Of a DNA stretch of 64,000 nt, positions 54,208 to 64,000 are shown one piece after another. Below the pieces are notes generated by a model. It did no database searches and had not been told where the DNA came from. It saw nothing but the letters and a program-made list of their open reading frames with translations. A program made the translations under genes and the position numbers. The stretch is from the human T2T-CHM13v2.0 reference genome, Homo sapiens. Location: NCBI RefSeq assembly GCF_009914755.1, contig NC_060939.1; one strand, 5' to 3'. Positions within the stretch are counted from its first letter, which is position 1. Every line of letters starts with the position of its first letter.

Positions 54208-55748
54208 GTAAGCAGAAACAGTACAAATTGCCAACGAAGTGAAAGAAAATGTATATGAAAATGTGAAAACACCAGTGGCATTCCATAAAAGGGCAGGCAT
54301 TTCAAATAGTCTTTTCAGGGGTGATAGAATGTACTGATCTATCCACATTTGCTCATCTATTCTCCTTTGAGGCCAGTGCCATACATTTATGAAATGATTG
54401 GTTGGGAATGAAATTGCTTTTTGTATATTACATCTATAAAATGCAATATATTTCAAATAATTGAGATAAATAGCTACATTCTTCATTTTTATGTTTGATG
54501 TATGATCATGGGAAGACTAGAGTGAAATATAATCTCCTTCTCAGTATGGGGAAACTAGATGCTAATATTTGTATGATAGAATTTATATCTGTTTAGAATA
54601 TATCCAAAATCAGTGACATCTAAATGGCCTAACATTTATCTTTGCATATAGTGATTTTTTGGTCAGATCGGTGTCATTTTGTTTCTTGCTTTATCTATTT
54701 AAATAATATTGGCAAATAACCCAATTAATTTTGCCCTTGGCTACACACCCAAAATTGATAGCCGTAATTTTAGGGGACTTTTTTTGTTATTCTTTTTCAA
54801 TCTCTAATAATGCTATGCTTTTCTTTTTTTCTTCATTATGTCATTAACAATGCCTTTTCCTTTTGAACACCAAGTATATGTTTATAATACCAAGAACAGT
54901 TATGGTCCTTTTTACATATGTATAAATGGAAAAAACATTTTTAGTAGTGTGGAAATGACTTCTAATGGAAGGCGGGATACCATCTTTACAGAATGTCAAT
55001 TTCTATACTTCTCAAACACAATTCAGGCATGTTACCAAAATTAATTCATAGTCAAGCTGCTCTTATCCAGGGAACACTTATCTGGTAACCTCTGCTATTA
55101 AAAAAGATAGCTTCCATCCAAAAACCTTCTAAACACCCCAAATTGGGGATATGAAGCCCATGTACTAAAACTCTCTAATTTTATTCACAGGAGGAGCAAA
55201 ACATGTGCACTCCAAGATACAATTTAAGTATTATTCATTGAGTAGCTACTATATGCCAAGTATTTTCACTGCATTGTCTTATTTACCCCTAATGATAACC
55301 CCATAAGGTATTTAATTTACAAGTGAAACTGAAGTTTAGAGGTTAAGTATTTGCCTAGGATCACATAGACAGTGAGATTCCAAAGCCACTTCTTTTCCAT
55401 CTTGCTATACTAGAGGCATGCAGTCTTTAGAACTTAAATCATTCATATTTGTGGAGTCATTTAGTATATAGGTGCCAAATATTCCTACACATCTAAGATT
55501 GCATTCTTTGTGTGCTCCTTTTAAAAGTAGGAGAAATATGTAATTTATTCTAGAATAAATTTTGTTAAAATTATCACTAATTTTAAAAAGTTTTTAGTAG
55601 AGTTATTTTAAAATAAGATATAAAACAAAAATGAGTTTTTAAAAAGAATCTACGGGCCGGGCGCGTTGGCCCACGCCTATAATCCCAGCACTTTGGGAGG
55701 CCTAGACGAGCGGATCACTTGGTCAGGAGATCAAGATGATCCTGGCTA

Positions 55749-55961
<213 letters not shown>

Positions 55962-56416
55962 TTATAAGAAGATATGAATATAGATTTTTGCATTTTTTAC
56001 TATTGGTCTGTATCTTAATTTCTTCTTTCTCTTGAATACTTCAAATTTTTTGAAGCACAACTCCTTTCAAGATAACCAAAATCGTAATAGTATTTAAATA
56101 AAAGAATAATGTTCAAATTAGGTCATGGTGAATATACATTAATGATCAGCATTTTATACTTGGCCATGTAGTGTGAACCAGTGCTTCACAGTCCACTTTG
56201 ATTTTCATCTTTTTTTTTTCTTCACTGATTCATCAGAGTTCTTTAGTTTTTTAAGTATTTTGAATGTGACAGTAAAATATAATAAAATTTTCAGAGGCCT
56301 TTTTTTTCTCCTTTTACATTTTCATTCTCATAGATTCGGTTGTGTTAGCTAGTAGCTTTATGTTGGGAGGAGAATTAAAGTTTTCTTTCACTTCTGTAAT
56401 TTTAATAATTTTACAG

Positions 56417-56503
56417 CCATTTAAGATTAAAGGACAACCAGAAAGTGGAATTCTAAGGACAGGAACTTTTAGAGAGGATACAGACGATACCGAAAGAAAT
56501 AAA
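56417..56503 (+). CDS. USP8: USP8 exon 12, c.1804-1890 (PFKIKGQPESGILRTGTFREDTDDTERNK)
   Basis: tttacag| acceptor, AAA|gtaagt donor, 87 nt, phase 0-0. Confidence 0.97.
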
Positions 56504-56756
56504 GTAAGTAGTTTATTGCAGGAAAAAACTGGAAAAAAAAGCCAAACATGGATTATAACTATGTGATTATCTTACCACACTGCTATCTTTTATCATGAGA
56601 TCTACAGTGTAAGGGGATCGTTGCCATCTTTGGTAGCTGGTGTTTTGCTTGTTTTTGCATGATCAATCCATTTATATGCTAAAGGAAATAGTTTGTCTTC
56701 CTGTTTAAAGTGTGACAGCGTATTCTATTTATTTTATGAAAGTAAAAAATGTTTAG

Positions 56757-57297
56757 GCCTTACCATATGATCCAGCAATTCTACTTCAGGGTATATACCC
56801 AAAAGAATTGCAAACAAGAAGTATTTGTACACCCATGTTCTTAGAGTATTATTCATAATAGCCAAAAAATGGAAGCAACCCAAATGTCCATCAGCAGGTG
56901 AATGCATAAACAAATATGGTATGTACATGTAATGGAATATTATTCAGCCTTAAAAAGGAAAGAAATTCTGACACGTTACAACATGGATGAATCTTGAGGT
57001 CATTTGCTAAGTGAAATAAGCCAGTTTCAGGATAAATACTGAATGATTCCATTTCTATGAGGTTTGTAAAGTAGGCAAATGTATAGAGACAGAAAGTAGA
57101 ATGGTGGTTGTCAGAGCTGGAGAAAGGGGAAATGGGGAGTTATTGTTCAGTAGGTACAGAGTTTCAGTTTTACAAGATGAAAAGAGTTCTGGAGATTGTT
57201 GGCACAGCAATATACTTAGTATCACTAACCAGTGCACCTAAAAATGGTTAAGATGGTAAATTTTATGTTATGTGTATTTCATCACAATTTTTTAAAT
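56757..57297 (+). mobile_element. L1MB-like 3' end, sense
   Basis: TTACCATATGATCCAGCAATTCTACTT...GGAAGCAACCCAAATGTCCATCA...AAAATGGTTAAGATGGTAAATTTTATGTTATGTGTATTT. Confidence 0.9.
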
Positions 57298-57368
57298 ACA
57301 TAGGCTTTGTATAAGACATCTTTGCTGGGAGCGGTGGCTCACGCTTGTAATCCCAGGCAGGCAGATCA

Positions 57369-57731
<363 letters not shown>

Positions 57732-57880
57732 TTAGTGTTGTGAAACCATTAATACAATCCAATTTTAGAACATTGCCGTCACACCAAAATGACCCCATGC
57801 CCAATTTAGTCTACCCTAAAGCCCAGGCAACACTGAGTCTACTCTGTCTCCATAGATCTGCCTTCTCTGGGATATATATA

Positions 57881-58203
57881 CAGTCTTCCCTTGGTATCTG
57901 TAGATGACTGGTTCCACTACCTCCCTCTCATACCAAAATCTGAGGATGCTCAAGTCCCTTATATAAAATGGTATAGTGTTTGCATATAACCTATACACAT
58001 CCTCCTATATACTTTAAATCATCTCTAGATTACATACCTAACACAATGTAAATGCTATGAAAGTAGATGTTATCCTGTATTGTTTAGGGGATAATAAAAG
58101 CCTGCACATGTTCAGTACACCCAGAGTTATTTTTTTCAAGTATTTTCAATCTGTGGATGGTTGAATTCACAGATGCAGAACCGATGAATACAGAGGACTG
58201 ACT
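57881..58203. mobile_element. MER2, terminal part of arm B (opposite orientation to 7355-7665)
   Basis: TATA|CAGTCTTCCCTTGGTATCTG terminus; GATGCTCAAGTCCCTTATATAAAATGG core. Confidence 0.9.
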
Positions 58204-58631
58204 CCATATCCAATCTAAATCTATGTGAATTTAACATGTTAAATTTTTGTTAGGTCATTCTGCTGTATTTTGCCATTAAAAAAATCTGAGACCAGCCTTG
58301 GCAACATAGCAAGACCCCATTTCTCCACAGAAAGAGGGGGAAAAAAGGGTATGGTTGCTCCTGCCTGTAATTCCAGCACTTTGGGAGGCTGAGGCAGGTG
58401 GATCGCTTGAGCCCCAGGAGTTCAAGACCAGCCTGGGCAACATGGCAAAACCCTGTCTCTAGAAAAAAATATTAAAAAATTAGCTGGGTTTGGTGGCGCC
58501 TGCCTGTAGTCCCAGCTAGTTGAGAGGCTGAGGTGGGAGGATCACCTGATCCTGGGAAGGTCAAGGATACAGTGAGCCATGATCATGCTACTGCATTCCA
58601 GCCTGGGCAACAAGGGTGAGACCCTGTCTCA

Positions 58632-59350
<719 letters not shown>

Positions 59351-60656
59351 ACGTTTTATTAAAGTTCTTCTAAGAACGAAAAATAAAATTTCTTAAGATG
59401 TGTAAGCCTTACAAAAATTAAGAACTTAAGCCTTAGTCAAACAGCAGTGCTCCAAAAGTGAAACCCAAAGGAGCTGAAAATGAGTTAACAATAAGAGAAA
59501 ATGAAGAGAGAGAGAGAGAGAGAGACACACACACATGCCTTCTCTTCTTCTGACATCCTTCTGTTCCTTTTAAAGAGAAAGAGTAGGGATTAGATGACTG
59601 GAACCACAAAGTGAAGACTAAAAAATAGAAAGTGAAAATTGAGGTTTGCAGTTACTCCCACTGGTCCTGACATTCTAAGCAGGGCTTCACACCAGCTACA
59701 GCCAAGGTCTTTGGCAACATTGAAAGGAAAACTAAAGTGTCTTTGTTGGCCACCCACCATCTTGCCCCATCTCTGCCCTTCAGGAAGCAAGGGTACTCAA
59801 TATATCTTCTGGCTGTCTTAAATCTCATACTGTATGATCCACTCTACACTCATTCTGTGTAAAATGCCACAGACAACTAAGTATTGATGAAATAGCATTT
59901 TAAAGTAATTCTCACGCATTAAGAAGGCTCAATAAAACTTACTGTATTTGCTGAGCAACTACTATGTCTCTAGCACTGTGCTAAATGCTTGAGGGCAGTG
60001 TTTTTAAAATCCCTAAGGTCATAATCAGTATAAGTATAAGCCTAGGTGTGGTGGCACAAGCCTGCAGACCCAGCTACTTGTGAGAGTGAGGCAAGAGAAT
60101 CATTTGTGCCAAGGGTTCAAGAACAGCCTCGGCAATGTAGTGAAACCCCATCTCTAAACTTTTTTTAAATGACATTTGCAAACATTTTCTCCCAATATGT
60201 GGCTTATCTTTTCGTTTTCTTGATGGAGTTTCTTGAAGCACAGAAGTTTTTGTGGAAGTCCATTCTGTCATATTTTTCACATGTGGATTGTGCTGTTGGT
60301 ATTGTATCTAAGGAACATTTTTTCTGACCCAAAGTCCTAAAGTAATGAAGATGTTTTCTTCTTAAGGTTTCAGTTTTGGTGCTTAGATCTATGATCCATT
60401 TCAAGTTAATTTTTATATACAGTGTGGTAAGGATCTAAATCCATCTTTTTGCATGTGGATATTTAGTTGTGCCATTTGCCTTCATTTTGACAGAATTTTT
60501 TTCCAGCACACATATTCTATTTATTACATGTTTGTATTCAACAGAATTTGTCACCAGGCAGGAGTACAGTGGCATGATCATAGCTCACCTGACCACCTGG
60601 GCTCAAGCCTTGACCACTTGCCTCAAGCGATCCTCCCACCTCGGCTTCCTGAGTAG

Positions 60657-61138
<482 letters not shown>

Positions 61139-61942
61139 TGAGCCACCCTGCCTGGCCTAGAATGTATGTATCTTAAGACATGAAGAATATAAAAATAGAA
61201 ATGGGTGGTTCATCAGGCGTTTTTGTTTTCTATTAATTTTTTAAAGGAAGTGGAAGTATCACATTCAATTATATTGAGGTTGATGCCTCAATATATTGGC
61301 TTGTTTTTACTTATATAACATTTCATCAGTATTTTGTGGGATGAATGAATATAGAAGAAGAAATGTTAGGAGAGCAAGATGACTTTAGGTAGATTTAGAA
61401 TAAGCCAAGATAATGAAGTTTTGTAGCCTTTCTTGTGAATATTCATTTGCTAGGATACTATAACGTCTATTCTCTACTTACACCTCTTAGCATATAGAGA
61501 AAAGGCACACTTAGTCCTAAAGAATACATTAGGTTTATATTTTACGTAATCGTTTGCTGTGGAAAACTAAAAAAAAAATTTTGACTAAAATACCTTGAGA
61601 TGCAAAATTAAAAAAAAAAATGTGGCCTTTCTTATTTGCTTGGATCCACTGTCTTCCTCCCCGTGAACTACCACAGAAGGCCATCTACCTCCACCTTGCC
61701 ACCTGCTATCATTACAGGCTTAGACATACTCCTCTACACCTTGGTATAGTAATATTTGTACTTTGAGAAAAAGATAATTTTTTTCATCTCTGAATCTGTT
61801 TTTTAAAATATGAAGGGCAGCCAAGGCAAGGTTTTTTGATTCTTTGGTACAAGTAGCTTAAGTTTTTATATGACAAAATTTAATTGAAAAATCAGATTTA
61901 AAAAAAATTTTTTTTTAATTTTTTTTATTTTATTTTAATTAG

Positions 61943-62023
61943 GCTCAACGAGAACCTTTGACAAGAGCACGAAGTGAAGAAATGGGGAGGATCGTACCAG
62001 GACTGCCTTCAGGCTGGGCCAAG
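61943..62023 (+). CDS. USP8: USP8 exon 13, c.1891-1971, start of WW-like domain (AQREPLTRARSEEMGRIVPGLPSGWAK)
   Basis: Long T tract then aattag| acceptor, AAG|gtaaaa donor, 81 nt. Confidence 0.98.
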
Positions 62024-62404
62024 GTAAAAGTCAGAATTAGCAGTAAAATAGCCACTGTGTTCCTAAAAAATGTTTTATTTGTTTATTTTACATCTTCTGT
62101 AATGCAGAGTCAATTCCATTTCTCCATTATAGAGAACATAGCTTATTCCCCTAATTATAACAGGGTGAGATTTCTCAATACCCAACCTGAGATGCTGGCT
62201 ACAATATATGAGCATTCTGGCATTTATCATTTAGAAATAGTGTATTACTTTAAAACCTAAATTTCTTTTGAAGTTTATCACCATTTTATTCGAATTATTT
62301 TAATCCAAAAGTAAATTTAGCAGAATACTTTGGAGTGATTTCTTTGTTTATATAATGCTTATTTTTGTTTTTTGACCTGTTTTTTTTTTTCTTTTCCATC
62401 TAAG

Positions 62405-62667
62405 TTTCTTGACCCAATCACTGGAACCTTTCGTTATTATCATTCACCCACCAACACTGTTCATATGTACCCACCGGAAATGGCTCCTTCATCTGCACCT
62501 CCTTCCACCCCTCCAACTCATAAAGCCAAGCCACAGATTCCTGCTGAGCGGGATAGGGAACCTTCCAAACTGAAGCGCTCCTACTCCTCCCCAGATATAA
62601 CCCAGGCTATTCAAGAGGAAGAGAAGAGGAAGCCAACAGTAACTCCAACAGTTAATCGGGAAAACAA
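62405..62667 (+). CDS. USP8: USP8 exon 14, c.1972-2234, WW-like domain end, 14-3-3 motif RSYSSP (715-720) and second SH3-binding motif
   Basis: catctaag| acceptor, CAA|gtatgt donor, 263 nt; ORF 62372..62689. Confidence 0.99.
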
Positions 62668-63908
62668 GTATGTTTATCTTAACTCCTAGAACTAAAATAA
62701 TGTGCTGTATTTCAAAGTTTCTACTCTGAATCTGTCAGTATGTTAGTGTCAGGGAGTTGGAAATTTCTGTGGATGGCTATACCAGCCGTTATTATTTACC
62801 ACAGAGAACAAAACAAATGAATAGAGAAAATGTTGTTGGTTTTTCTCCCAAGTGCTCACTTAATATCATACCAGAGAGGATTATTTTAAGTGTTAATGTA
62901 GATATAAAATCATTGTTATGTTTTACAGTTTCATGCCAGAGTACCCTCACGTTTTTCATAGACCGCCTGTGGTCCCGGAATCTCCCTTTGAGGACCATAA
63001 TTTTCAGCAATATTGAGCTTGCCTTGTTGCAGCACTCAAGTTCCAAACTTTTTTTCCCCTTAGCCAATAATGTAAGCGAAGTTTTCCTATAGTATTAAAA
63101 TAACAAGCACTTTAGTATATCATCCTCTAATCCTTATTCTGTTCCCTTTTCCTTCGTTGTAGTTTTGCTATTCTGTTTACAAATATTGACCAATAGGTTA
63201 GGTTTCCCAAAATAGTTTCATTTAGCTATACTTCTGGCTTCGTCCCTTTTGGAATCCTCTTAGCTTATGACTGATAGGGCTATGAGGAGATGATTTAAGT
63301 CTGTGTACCACTTCTAATCTTTACTTACTTTTTTGGGAGGAGGGGGGCAATAGGTGGAAGTATAAATAAATGATTTTTTTCCCATTTATTATACACTTGT
63401 ATTTGCTAAGGAATTTTAATTAGGCTCTTTTAAGCCTAATCCTAAGTAAGTTGAACACATCCTAAGAAAGTTGAAATTTTTTCTTCCTGAGAACTTACCC
63501 TGCCAGGTGCAGACTTATTCGAAGGAGCTTTTAAAAATTCTATTAATCTTGTTATAGATTTTAGAGTTCATTATAATAACTAGTGAGATTTAATTTCTTC
63601 TTGAATCATTCTTAAGTGTGTTAATTTGATAATGTTTTAAGGACTGTATGCTGTTTGTGTATTTTTTTATATATTGAACAGAAAAAGCACACGAGTACAT
63701 GCACCTGAGTACAGGTAAAGAGGAGCTGATTGAAATATAGTTTAATCTGTTCTCAGTATTACTTTTAGGGGTGGAAGAACGTTAAGGATTAATTAAAAAA
63801 GAAAAAAGACCTATCAGTTAAGATTTTCCTTATGCTTCAGCAGTTCTAGTAGTTCCACATATAAATCAAACACACCATATTACAGAAGTCTAGAAGGCAT
63901 TCTCTGCC

Positions 63909-64000
63909 CCAGCACTGTCCAGCAGATCTTTCCATGGTGATAGAAATGTACTGTATCTGTGCTGTCCAGTATGGTTTGTGTCTACTTTGAAACGTGATTA
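63909..64000. mobile_element. MER3-like hAT MITE (partial, at window edge)
   Basis: CAGCACTGTCCAGCAGA.CTTTCCATGGTGATAGAAATGT.CTGTATCTGTGCTGTCCA.TATGG. Confidence 0.65.

Noticed and set aside
53799-54305. 168-aa and 113-aa antisense ORFs over exon 11
   Set aside because: Shadow ORFs: the purine-rich E/K/Q codons leave few stops on the opposite strand, giving low-complexity S/F/L/C peptides.

Overview
Primate, almost certainly human, genomic DNA lying wholly inside the USP8 (UBPY deubiquitinase) gene on the + strand. The window runs from intron 1 through exons 2-14 into intron 14 (exon numbers assume one non-coding first exon upstream of the window). Thirteen exons with canonical AG/GT ends splice into one open frame covering codons 1-745: MIT domain, rhodanese-like domain, SH3-binding motifs, charged coil, WW-like domain and the RSYSSP 14-3-3 site. 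The promoter, exon 1 and the catalytic-domain exons are outside the window. The introns are very Alu-rich (roughly 70 copies or fragments), with older L1, L2, MIR and DNA-transposon relics; most short ORFs in the track are Alu translations. The main structure not explained by gene or repeat annotation is an old inverted duplication of non-repetitive DNA: intron 1 (about 4915-7667) is mirrored about 50 kb away in intron 12 (about 57875-60030). It brackets exons 2-12 and ends exactly at a MER2 terminus. There are also three smaller locally templated duplications and five captured RNA-type inserts: an RPS20 retropseudogene, a tailless 5S copy, a tailless BC200 copy inside an Alu, a probable pre-rRNA 3'ETS fragment and a retrocopied LTR 3' end. 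Repeat family names and reference comparisons come from recall and by-eye alignment, not database searches.
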